DNA of 35,309 bases from Nemertoderma westbladi. Taxonomy: Eukaryota; Animalia; Xenacoelomorpha. This document shows positions 9,701 to 20,294 of this stretch, one piece after another. The notes beneath the pieces are model-generated. The model did not search any database and was not told the DNA's origin. It worked only from the letters and a program-made list of their open reading frames with translations. The translations under genes were made by a program, and so were the position numbers. Location of the stretch: positions 1-35,309 of the forward strand of contig JAUCBJ010000726.1 in assembly GCA_032718475.1 (NCBI GenBank). The letters run 5' to 3'. Position 1 is the stretch's first letter. Every line of letters begins with the position of its first letter.

Positions 9701-10430
9701 GGAACCGCTGGGAGGGCTGAAAGATGTTCTGCCAAAGAAGAAGGAACCGCTGGGAGGGCTGAAAGATGTTCTGCCAAATAAGAAGGAACCGCTGGGAGGG
9801 CTGAAAGATGTTCTGCCAAAGAAGAAGGAACCGCTGGGAGGGCTGAAAGATGTTCTGCCAAAGAAGAAGGAACCGCTGGGAGGGCTGAAAGATGTTCTGC
9901 CAAAGAAGAAGGAACCGCTGGGAGGGCTGAAAGATGTTCTGCCAAAGAAGAAGGAACCGCTGGGAGGGCTGAAAGATGTTCTGCCAAAGAAGAAGGAACC
10001 GCTGGGAGGGCTGAAAGATGTTCTGCCAAAGAAGAAGGAACCGCTGGGAGGGCTGAAAGATGTTCTGCCAAAGAAGAAGGAACCGCTGGGAGGGCTGAAA
10101 GATGTTCTGCCAAAGAAGAAGGAACCGCTGGGAGGGCTGAAAGATGTTCTGCCAAAGAAGAAGGAACCGCTGGGAGGGCTGAAAGATGTTCTGCCAAAGA
10201 AGAAGGAACCGCTGGGAGGGCTGAAAGATGTTCTGCCAAAGAAGAATGAACCGCTGGGAGGGCTGAAAGATGTTCTGCCAAAGAAGAAGGAACCGCTGGG
10301 AGGGCTGAAAGATGTTCTGCCAAAGAAGAAGGAACCGCTGGGAAGGCTGAAAGATGTTCTGCCAAAGGAGAAGGAACCGCTGGGGGGGGGGGGGGGGGGG
10401 GGGCTGAAAGATGTTCTGCCAAAGAAGAAG
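9701..10430. repeat. 42-bp minisatellite, 17 near-identical copies
   Basis: Unit GGAACCGCTGGGAGGGCTGAAAGATGTTCTGCCAAAGAAGAA; the last copy has an expanded poly-G run. Confidence 0.97.
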
Positions 10431-10489
10431 AAGATGCAAAGAAGTTGTGAATGAATAAATGATCAAAGGGTTTGAATTATGATGAATTG

Positions 10490-10715
10490 ATATTTATTTA
10501 AATTTATCCTTAAATATTAAGTGTTGTATTATAGACCCTCATTTCAATCTCATAACCTGTACAGATAATTATTAGTTAATTGTTTTTATAAATTATTCAG
10601 CCCTTGACTATAACATTGGTTTTTAGTGGATTACCGGTACTGGTATTCTTTACGTGGTGGGGTTAACTGCAAAGTGATATAGGACAGCAACAACAAACTG
10701 GTATATTTCATAGCA
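10490..10715 (+). repeat. Diverged dispersed repeat homologous to 19500-19702
   Basis: Collinear shared blocks GTATTATAG, ATAACCTGTACA, ATTCAGCCCTT, TAACTGCAAAGTGA and CTGGTAT. Confidence 0.7.
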
Positions 10716-10842
10716 CTCTTCGAAACTGCCTGATCAACGACAAGGAAACAGTGACGTTATGTGTCGCATTACAAACCCCGTTCACGGATTAACACATAGT
10801 GGTTCTGCAGATTATGTGGGGTGCAATGCCCCCCTGCCAATT

Positions 10843-11611
10843 AGGTAACGTGTCATTAGGTCCTGCGTCCTTAGATCCTGGGAGTGGCCGTAAGGTCGTG
10901 CGACATTAGGTCCTGCGTCCTTAGATCCTGGGAGTGGTCGTAAGGTCGTGCGACATTAGGTCCTGCGTCCTTAGATCCTGGGAGTGGTCGTAAGGTCCTG
11001 CGTCCTTAGATCCTGGGAGTGGTCTTAAGGTCCTGCGTCCTTAGATCCTGGGAGTGGTCGTAAGGTCGTGCGACATTAGGTCCTGCGTCCTTAGATCCTG
11101 GGAGTGGTCGTAAGGTCGTGCGACATTAGGTCCTGCGTCCTTAGATCCTGGGAGTGGTCGTAAGGTCGTGCGACATTAGGTCCTGCGTCCTTAGATCCTG
11201 GGAGTGGTCGTAAGGTCCTGCGTCCTTAGATCCTGGGAGTGGTCGTAAGGTCGTGTGACATTAGGTCCTGCGTCCTTAGATCCTGCGAGTGGTCGTAAGG
11301 TCAGGCGACATTAGGTCCTGCGTCCTTAGATCCTGGGAGTGGTCGTAAGGTCGTGCGACATTATGACCTGCGTCGTTAGGTCCTACATAATATAGTTGTT
11401 TTCTATTTACAACTGATTGCCAACAAAAGTTTTAAAATATGCCATTGACTCTCTTTATTCCTTTGCTGTTTAGGTTAGAATAACATGTCATTGTTTATCT
11501 TAACGCAACAGAATATGACACCATAGGACTAATCTCGCAAGAATTAACGTCACATGGACTGGACCTAAAATCGCACCCAGGACTTAATGACGCGGAACTC
11601 TGAATTGCGCC
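10843..11611. mobile_element. Foldback/MITE-like element with a 50-bp/34-bp tandem array (10854-11385) in its left arm
   Basis: Unit CATTAGGTCCTGCGTCCTTAGATCCTGGGAGTGGTCGTAAGGTCGTGCGA built from roughly 16-18-bp subunits, with 34-bp variants lacking one subunit; degenerate inverted copies at about 11520-11600. Confidence 0.6.
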
Positions 11612-13013
11612 ATTTCATGTCCGCCTTTTGCCGGTCATGTTTAATTTATTAATAGGCGAGTCAATCTAGCCGAAAAAGGGGGTCAACCCATAACAAATTC
11701 GCAATTCATCCAAACCAATTTTATTTTATTCTACATTACCTTGTTAGTGCCCCCAAAAAAGTCTTAAAAAATCACCTTCAATTTCCTGTTTCTTTCCTTA
11801 GCAACATGGATTTTACATAGCAACAAGGGGTCTATTAGTGGGATTTTCTCCAAATTTGGTAGACAAACTTTACTCTAATGACTATCGATTGACATAATTA
11901 TGCACTTCTAAATTGTTACCAATTTAGTTTCCGGAGCAACGGAAATTTGTCTAATAATTGAACCATTTTAAATACCAATTTTGCTGGTACAATATGAGGA
12001 CCTTATTTACACAACTTCTCTACTAAACGGGTGGATGTAACCTCTCCCATCGGATTTATAGACCTCAAAAACCCTTATCCCCAAAAAATTTATTTTTTAT
12101 ATGATAAACTATTGTGGTTTTCAATCTAAAACAAATAAATAAATTACGCCTGCGTGTAATAACATATGTACCAAATCATCAGCATGTAACAAATCACAGT
12201 ATAATTTTTTTGCAACAGTTAGCTTAATATATCGTGAAGTTTTTGATATATTTAAAAATTTGATGCGACTTCTAGTTTCCGAGATATAGCAATTAATGTG
12301 TAACACGCCATTGTAAATATTACTAATTTCACATTGAATCACAGCTTTTTGAAATTGATAAATTTATTTCCATCATATGGTAAAATTTGTGAATGATTAA
12401 AAAACAAACATGAACATTTGTTACTTTAAAAAGGCTAATTAAATACGATTTAGTGACATAAAAGTGAAGAGTTCGTTTACAAAGTATTTACAAAGGTGTA
12501 GATTCTGGAGCTGGGTCGGGGCGTTGTAAGCTCATAAGAAACGGAGCTACTCTCAAGTTGCTTCGGCAGGGTGGAATTTTACTACATGAGTTGTAATGCT
12601 CATCATGGCTAATTGCCGGATTACCGCATAACCAAACTAATACAACCGTCTGTTGGACGCCAGCATCGGGGGTCGCTGCAGAGTTTTTGGTGCCATCCAT
12701 TCGGCACTAGCTGTGCTCCGGCCCGGCGGCTTTTTCTAGTAAGACATCGTAGGTCAACAGGGCAACTATAGTTAACTAAAGTTAACGTGCAGGTTAGTAA
12801 AGAGTTACAATAGCAAAAGTGGTACTTTCAGACTGCAGGTTTAAATCAGTAGCGTTAACTATTACTGCGATTGGGTGTTTATCTTATATTCATATTTTAA
12901 CAACATATTAACATCACAAAAAATAATTAAAATTGTAAAAATAATTAAAATTATAAACCTTCAACTATTTACACAAGGTTGCATCTATTGTAACGGTAGC
13001 CATGACAACTAAC

Positions 13014-13700
13014 CTTTTCATAACTATCCATAATGGAGGAGGTTTCCGATCTATCGTCCTCGTCCACTAACGGCACCATCTCAGCGTTGCCTAGCGACCT
13101 CCGCTTCCCGCTGCTGATTGGCTGCTCTCTGCCGGTCTCCGGGGCGACTGCGTCCCCAGCTATCCGCCAGCCGTCCACCAGGAAGGCGACCCCGATCACC
13201 GGCTCCTCACACAACGGCCCCGAGACCGCGGCCAACTGGAACCCGTTAACCACGCTGTTGTCCAGCTCACGGAAGAGCAACCCGTCGTCATGGGAACCGG
13301 GCCACACGCTCGGTCTCTGGTAGTCCGGCATCGCGTTAACCAGTAGGTTGGGACCGCAGCCGCGGGGACCGAATGACCAGATTCTGGAGACTACATCCGG
13401 TCCCCAAGGCAACGGGGAGTTCCGGAAGGCCTCGACAATTGAACCACGTAGGTTTAGGATTTTCTCCAGCGTGACAGCGTTTAGTTGCGTCTCCTCGTTC
13501 CGTTTGAGTCTTTGGTTGACGCCGTGCGGCAGATTGCGGTCCAGCGCCTTCAGAGTGTCGGCGTTGTCGCTTAGTAACCGAGTTACGTCATCGGGAAGAT
13601 GCATGGCGCGCATCTGTAGGGAGCACTGTTTGTTGGGAGTTTGTATTGTTATGACGCCTTCCGGTAGTGGATTAGCCATCGGTTCTGTTTCTGTCGTTAT
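13014..13700 (-). CDS. EFL1: EFL1 internal exon (domain IV region), 229 codons, phase 0/0
   Basis: ITIQTPNK..RAMHLPDDV, RIWSFGPRGCGPNLLVN, NSVVNGFQLAAVSGPLCEEPVIGVAF; acceptor CCACAG| at 13701, donor AAG|GTTAGT at 13013. Confidence 0.93.
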
Positions 13701-13784
13701 CTGTGGATAATGGTAGATCAGCATTACGGTGAATATAAGAATATATTATTAGCTATTAATAGCTTATTGGACTGTTATATGTAG

Positions 13785-13995
13785 CAATATAACAATCCAA
13801 TGCCAGCGACAATTACTTCTGGTATTCCATAAACTCTTAGGATTTCAAGCATTTTACCACTATGGCTAGAGTGGAATGCTTTCTTGAAGTCGACAAATAT
13901 CAGGACTGCGGGGAGATTCTTTGACTTAATTCCCCCAATCAGTCTCCGTAGTGCTATTGTTGATCTATTTGGTAGAAATCCGTTTTGGCTCTTAC
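13785..13995 (-). mobile_element. Short RTE-like LINE RT fragment, same family as 16574-17768
   Basis: SQNGFLPNRST..ALRRLI..FVDFKKAF..MLEILRVYGIPE; closely matches about 17447-17661. Confidence 0.85.
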
Positions 13996-14631
13996 TGTAC
14001 GCTGTCTCTAAGTCGGGCTGGCTTTCCTCCACTTCCTTACCCAATGGAAATGTTGTTGTTATAATCTAATATTGGGGCGGCTTACTCTCGGTTGATCCAT
14101 GAGCACATGAACTGAAAAATAAAGATGAAATACCTTTTATCCCGATGATACTTGCAGGTTAATTAGTAATAGGGCAGTTTTTCTAATGTTGGCCCAACTT
14201 TTCTTATAAATCGTCAAAAGCCAATAACAGTCAAGAATTAATTCGAACGATTCTTATTGGTTGTAGCCATTAATTTGGTTGCAATGGGTTGCTTTGAAGA
14301 GTAAACAATTCCTACTTCAAAACAGCTGATCCTTCAAACTGTCTGACGTTTGCGGTAGGCTAAATTAAACACGTCCAAACCAAAGGAGTATTAGAAATAC
14401 AGAAATATAGGATAAAACAATATTATTTACTCTTTCAAGAAATACTACTAACGAGATTTCTAATACGAATAACACCCACCCATGACATAACACATACCGG
14501 AAATACAAAGTAAAGTAAAGTTATTGGTTAAATGTGAAACACGAAACTACCAGAGGAACAGCCCTGAAGGCTCTGTATTAATGGATTCTATGTAAAACAA
14601 CTCGAACTCCCAAGGTTCAATCTAAATATCA

Positions 14632-15633
14632 ATGGCTACATTCTCCACTCGCAACAGTACTAATGTATGGGTAGAAGAAATTGAAGGAAAAGCTAACGAA
14701 GAATTTACAAAGAATCAAAGCGCATTTCCAGATGGATTCGTTAGATACCAACCGAGTGGACAAGTTCTCCCCAGAATATTCACAACAGAATATCAACAAA
14801 AAATATTTGAATTTCCTGTTCTAGAGGACGACGTCTGGATTTGTACCTTTCTAAAATGCGGCACAACTTGGACGCAAGAAATGGCTTGGTGTATCATGAA
14901 TGACGTTAATATCGAACTTGCCAAGAAGGTTGACTTAGAGAGAAGAGTACCCTATTTGGAATTTTCCAAAATAATTACTGACGAAATATTCATGAAGTAT
15001 ATCAATGGAAGCATGCATGAAGAAAGTGATACGAGAATATATACATCTTCGATAGAATTAACGGAATCAAAATCTTCACCTAGAGTTATTAAAACCCACA
15101 TGTCCATAGATATGCTTCCTTATGAGATTGGTGAAAAGCAACCCAAAATCATTCACGTTATACGCAATCCCAGAGACACTTGTGTGTCTCTGTTTTACCA
15201 TTGGAAGTTGGTGGCTGGTTACACTGGATCCTGGGACGCCTTCTTCAACGCATTCGTCAATGATGTTTGCGGCTACTATACTCCAGCTTTGCAGCATTAT
15301 CTTGGATATTGGAGAATTCGAGACAGAGAAAATGTGTTGCTTCTTAGGTTTGAAGATATGAAGGGAGATCTTGTAGGTTCCATCAAGAAAACAGCTGATT
15401 TTCTTGGGAAATCTCTAACTGAAGAACAGATCGTTACCTTGGAAGATCATCTAACATTCAAAAGCATGAAAGCTAATGTAGCTGTTAATAAATATATTGG
15501 TGAGGGCAAGTTTATAAGGAAAGGAGAAATCGGAGATTGGAAGAATCACTTTAGTATTGAACAGATTGCGACAATGGATCAGTGGGAGAAAGAAAACTTG
15601 GAAGGAACTGGGTTGGAGTTCGTTTATGATTGA
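14632..15633 (+). CDS. Cytosolic PAPS-dependent sulfotransferase (Sulfotransfer_1 family), intronless, 333 aa, antisense inside an EFL1 intron
   Basis: 5'-PSB loop TFLKCGTTW, catalytic KTH, 3'-PB RNPRDTCVS, C-terminal FIRKGEIGDWKNHF; AATAAA at about 15749 and about 15852. Confidence 0.95.
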   Translation: MATFSTRNSTNVWVEEIEGKANEEFTKNQSAFPDGFVRYQPSGQVLPRIFTTEYQQKIFEFPVLEDDVWICTFLKCGTTWTQEMAWCIMNDVNIELAKKVDLERRVPYLEFSKIITDEIFMKYINGSMHEESDTRIYTSSIELTESKSSPRVIKTHMSIDMLPYEIGEKQPKIIHVIRNPRDTCVSLFYHWKLVAGYTGSWDAFFNAFVNDVCGYYTPALQHYLGYWRIRDRENVLLLRFEDMKGDLVGSIKKTADFLGKSLTEEQIVTLEDHLTFKSMKANVAVNKYIGEGKFIRKGEIGDWKNHFSIEQIATMDQWEKENLEGTGLEFVYD

Positions 15634-16125
15634 ATGAGATACAATTTAGGAAATACAATTGAAGTGTTAGTTATTCGCGGTTCACATTCAACAATGCACC
15701 ATTCTCCATAAGAAATCAAATTAGAAAATCAAAATTTATTCCCATGCAAATAAAGTGTCCCCAAAATTAGCCGTCGTATCTTTAATAGTTATAATATCTT
15801 ATGAATTCTTATAAGTATCTCACGGTAAATATCTCTAACAATAATATTAAGAATAAAAAATTAGATGGCCAAATTAAATTTTTCATGAATCTATTTTTTT
15901 TTTACTTTTTTAGAAATTACTAACTAACTTTCATAACTAATAGTTCTAATAGTATAGAATTAGGTAAAAAAATCATTAAAAAAATCACGAAACTACTTAG
16001 TATTTTAGATTATCGTATATAATTGATTTAGGATCCATTCGCTAAATTATTTTACGAATGGATTATCGGAATTTAGCAAGGCATTTGGATGAAGCGAGCA
16101 GCATTGTGAAATGAAAAACTGATTA

Positions 16126-16202
16126 CAGCGCCACTGGGAGTCGAACCCAGGTCTCCCGTACCGTTAACATGACAAGTATTCATACCACTAAACTACAGCG
16201 CC
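16126..16202 (-). ncRNA. tRNA-like module (pseudo-tRNA or SINE head)
   Basis: GGCGCTG TAGTTTAGTGG (A box) ... CTGGG TTCGACT CCCAG (T arm, B box) TGGCGCT. The acceptor stem has G-U pairs and the anticodon loop is expanded to 12 nt, so no isotype can be assigned. Confidence 0.65.
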
Positions 16203-16573
16203 CATGGAAGATTCAGAGATATTTCACAATGCTACTCCCATTCAGCTTCCTAACGGTAGCTGTCGAATACACATTGCAGGTGGTTTTTAAACTGTACTCT
16301 CGCTAAATTCCGAAGTATCCGAAGTTTCGTATTTCCTAAAAATTACATTTATACCGTATCCTGCCCCTGCAGTGGAGTGTGGACATGCCTTTCAAAAAAT
16401 ACCCGAGGGAGTAAAACTGCTTGTATGAGTATAATAGCAGTTTTTTTTGGGTAATTTCAAGTGTTCGTAAAATAATTAAAATAATTAATATCGCTGTCGT
16501 TTTTATAATGAGTGTAGTGTTGTTGTATTATTTAAAATATAAATTGTATCACATATAATAGATACACACCCCC

Positions 16574-17768
16574 TACTACTACTACTACGTCGAGCGAATT
16601 CGGACATGTTATGGCCGGTCGTCAACGACTACGCTTTCCAATGAGTTGGTTGCCAGAAAAGTAGATCTGGTATGACCTCGTCTTTACTTCGCCAGCAGTG
16701 CCCACTGAATCTTAATCTGCGTTCACGGAGGGTGGTTGATACAGGTGGTATTGTACCATAAAGCTCGGCGTTTGTCATGTGTTGTCTCCAGCTGATGTTT
16801 AGGGCTGCCCTTAGTAGTCTTGTGTAGCAACCATCAATTCGTTGTTCAAGTGATTTAGTCAGTGTCCAGGTCTCAGCCCCGTATAAAAATACACTTTCCA
16901 CTGTGGCTCGAAAAAACTTAGTCTTCAGGTGCCTGGGGAGATCTGATTCCCAGATGGTATCTATTTTTGATAGAGCTACCCTAGCCTTTGCTTTCCTAAC
17001 TTCTATGTCCTTTTTGCTACTCTCTATCCATGATCCAAGGTACTGGAAGTCGTCGAACTTCCTTAGTTGATTATTATCAATGGTTGTCAAGTTTCCATCA
17101 ACATTAAAGGTCATGAATTCGGACTTGGTAGCATTTATATGCAATCCAACCTCCTTAGCAGCCCTATCCACTTTATTTAGTAGAAGCTGTGCATCTGCTA
17201 GCGTATTAGAGAGCAGGGCGATGTCATCCGCAAAGTCGTGTCTGTGACTGTAGTTGGCGGATATCTACTACTTCTGCGTTCTTGAAGTGTGAATCCCAGA
17301 TCTTCACCCTTTGTGGCCGTCCTCATTGCGTAATCCAGCACAATTACAAATAGTGATGGTGCTAATGTGTCACCTTGCAGTACGCCAGCCAGGATTGAGA
17401 AAAACTCAGTTTCACCATCTGGTGAGAGTACCTGCGCTTCTGTATCACAATATAACAATCCAATGCCAGCAATAATTACTTCTGGTATTCCATAAGCTCT
17501 TAGGATTTCAAGCATTTTGCCTCTATGGATGGAGTCAAATGCCACAAAAGTCATGACTGCGGGGAGATTCTTCGACTTAATTCCTACAATCAGTCTCCTT
17601 AGTGCAAGTATCTGAGCTATTATTGTTGATCTACTTGGTCGAATTCCGTTTTGGCTCTTACGCAGTAGTTTCTCTATGTGAGGTCTAATTCTATATAGAA
17701 TCATTTTGTTGTATATTTTGGCAGCTACCACAAGCAGACAGATCCCACGATACTTTGATGGTAACTTA
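16574..17768 (-). mobile_element. 5'-truncated, frameshifted RTE-clade-like LINE with (GTA)n tail
   Basis: YRGICL, GVLQGDTLAP, DFADDIALLS (frameshift at about 17237), GLHINATK, FQYLGS, LYGAETWTL; GTAGTAGTA tail at 16588-16574. Confidence 0.9.
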
Positions 17769-18093
17769 CTCACGTTATGAAAACAGAGCCGGATCACTGC
17801 CCCACAATTAAAAAAATGTATTTCACTATTATCATTAATCAAATGTCTCCAGGCGGAGAGACCATTATCATAGAGGGCGCCCTGCATCGAATCAGTAAAA
17901 CCCTTTAGCTACCATCATTACTTATCACCATAACACTCTATCAACATACAATTTAAAATATATCAGATACAATACAAATTAAATAAGTGAATATTTGCGT
18001 TTCCCAAAAATAAAAAGTATGATAGCACTATATGATCAGGTTTACCATTAATTAATTACATAGTATGTGAATAATTTACAGATTCGCACTAAC

Positions 18094-18318
18094 AGTTTGT
18101 CCGGGTATTTGAGTGTAAGTAGTGTTGACCCCGGTGATTAGTTGGTTCACCATATCGACTCTAGGTGGCGTTATAATCGTTTCACGGAACGGAACCATCG
18201 GTGCCGACGGAACTATATCGATCTTAGCGAAACGTTCCCGCAGGTCTAGTAGACACCGCTCAAGATGTACCTCGCCAGCAGTAACAAGCACGTGTTCCCC
18301 GGTCTCTTGGACTAAAAC
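18094..18318 (-). CDS. EFL1: EFL1 internal exon (domain III/IV junction), 75 codons, phase 0/0
   Basis: [47 protein letters not shown] continues DPCLQ of the upstream exon in frame; acceptor TTTTAG| at 18319; likely donor ACT|GTTAGT at 18093. Confidence 0.93.
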
Positions 18319-18363
18319 CTAAAATATCACGAAAATGTTTATATATTACATTTTGAGTGTACT

Positions 18364-18656
18364 ATGTGGGGCGAGCCATCAGTCAGGGCGAGCCTTAGCG
18401 CACAATTATAATTAGTAAATAGGGCAAAATTTCATGTCCGTCTGTCTGTCTATCCGTCTGTAATGAAAAAATCATTCGTAAATAACTTTTGAAGATTTTA
18501 AACATTTACAACCAAATTTTGTATGGGCTGGGCATACTAGAGAAAAAGTTATGATATTGTTGAAAGTTATAGGCAATACCTCTCGAACTTTTGACTCCAG
18601 ATCAAATCGAACTTGTTTCGAACTTGCTCAAGTTCGCGTGCTGCGCGACGCCCCAC
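18364..18656 (+). mobile_element. Short non-autonomous element, HINE/DINE-1-like
   Basis: Ends GTGGGGCG...CGCCCCAC, a (GTCT/GTCC)n microsatellite, and a subterminal hairpin CGAACTTG-CT-CAAGTTCG at 18619-18636. The family assignment is inferred from architecture. Confidence 0.55.
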
Positions 18657-18842
18657 TCACGTGTTTATTACCGTATTATTTTAATAAACAACAGCTCGCT
18701 ATTACAACGGGCTATGTAATAAAATGTAATACATACAAAATTCAATATAAACAAAACGTCATAAACACATTTATTTTACAACTTAAAGTTTAATACACGC
18801 ACCCAATGACCAACAAAATTAAGTACGTCATGTACACGTTCG

Positions 18843-19217
18843 TATCCGTCTGTCTGTATGTCTGCCTGTCCGTCTGTAATGAAAAATTCATTCGTAAATA
18901 ACTTTTAAAGATTTTAACCATTTTCAACCAAGTTAGGGGCAAATACCTCTCGAACTTTTGACTCCAGATCAAATCGAACTTGTTTCGAACTTGCTCAAGT
19001 TCGAAACAAGTTCGATTTGATCTGGAGTCAAAAGTTCGAGAGGTATTTGCCCCTAACTTGGTTGAAAATGGTTAAAATCTTTAAAAGTTATTTACGAATG
19101 AATTTTTCATTACAGACGGACAGGCAGACATACAGACAGACGGATATGAAATTTTGCCCTATTTACTAATTATAATTGTGCGCTATGGCTCGCTCTGACT
19201 GATGGCTCGCCCCACAT
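18843..19217. repeat. Second copy of the same element (minus) folded into a perfect palindrome (arms 18843-18993 and 18996-19146)
   Basis: Arms compared base by base: 151 bp of perfect reverse complement with a 2-nt loop. 19147-19217 matches 18364-18435 inverted. Confidence 0.95.
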
Positions 19218-19427
19218 TCTATAGATAATGATAGTAACGATGTTTTACAATGAAGCTGAACACGACGCTTGACAGTCCCACCTTGGCGTAGTGGTTTAAT
19301 CCGTTGTAATGAATTGAAAAAAAAAACCAAAAGTAAATCTTTTTCGGCCTAAGGCCAGGGATTGTGTGTGCCCTAAGGGGCACAAAGTCTGATAACTTAT
19401 TTCCAGTTCGGTCCCCCCAGAACTTCA

Positions 19428-19702
19428 CCCATGTGAAGAATACCAGGATTTCACTTTTCGGTCGACTTTTTATTGGAATTTTATATATGAAGATTTTTAA
19501 TTTTTTTTAATTTATCTTTATTTAAGTGTATTATAGCACTTTTTTCGGTCTTATAACCTGTACATATACTAATTCGTTTATTGTTTTGGTTAGATTCAGC
19601 CCTTCTGTAACCTGTGCTTTTGGTGAAAACCTGGTAATATTCACATGGGGGTAACTGCAAAGTGAAATATAACGGCAGAAAGTCTGGTATTATTCACATG
19701 GG
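19428..19702. mobile_element. MITE-like element with 19-bp TIRs and a 9-10-bp flanking direct repeat
   Basis: CCCATGTGAAGAATACCAG (19428-19446) versus CTGGTATTATTCACATGGG (19684-19702), 18/19 match; CCCAGAACTT at 19416-19425 and 19703-19712. Confidence 0.65.
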
Positions 19703-20195
19703 CCCAGAACTTTACTCCCAAGAGGAAACTCCAGTACTCATTTAGCTACCACTATACAAGGCAGACGTTATCAGGCATATATGATAGTTACCAGATATGA
19801 ATGGTAACTACGTTTGTTTTTTGGTTACACAGCATGTCAGTGATGAAATGATATAACTAAATATTACTTTTACTGGAGGACTGAAAACTGAAAAAAAAAC
19901 ACAAAACAAAGCTGATACTGAAACATATTCACTTTTATTATAATTTGTTCAAAATTTTATAAATAATATATATTCTGCAATATTGAAGTCAGTAATAAAG
20001 AAGTCAGAATGTCGAGGTATTAATTAGGGGTCTATTAGATCTCTGTCTCTACTAACAGACAGATGTACAATCATCTTGGGTACAATGCTGTAAACCTAGG
20101 TACTGTACATAAAGGCAGGGGTAGTTTTGGAAGCGATTTCTTTCTTAAAAATTACCCCCTCAGAAACGTACAGAAGATAGTTTAGGATGCACTTC

Positions 20196-20292
20196 CCATA
20201 GATTACAAATCGAAGAAGGACGTTGGTACACTATCCCAAGGATGAGCAAGGCCATGGTATGCAACTTGGGGCGTATTGAATCAGAATTGTAT
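20196..20292 (+). mobile_element. Degenerate LINE ORF2 C-terminal fragment
   Basis: GCTSHRLQIEEGRWYTIPR..VCNLGRIESE resembles the SHxLxIExGRW..CxxC..EDE tail of non-LTR ORF2 proteins. Confidence 0.55.
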
Positions 20293-20294
20293 AT

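Noticed and set aside
9633-10466. 277-aa and 253-aa repetitive ORFs on the minus strand
   Set aside because: By-products of a stop-free 42-bp tandem unit; there is no unique coding flank or domain.
9701-11385. CRISPR-like appearance of the 42-bp and 50-bp arrays
   Set aside because: No unique spacers, no cas genes, and a eukaryotic intron context.
12488-12740. GC-richer island as an EFL1 exon, C/D snoRNA or SECIS (ATGATGA on minus at about 12607-12600)
   Set aside because: No EFL1-like translation, no suitably placed D box or terminal stem, and the SECIS geometry is not met.
16126-16202. Functional tRNA gene
   Set aside because: 12-nt anticodon loop and several G-U pairs in the stems; treated as tRNA-derived only.
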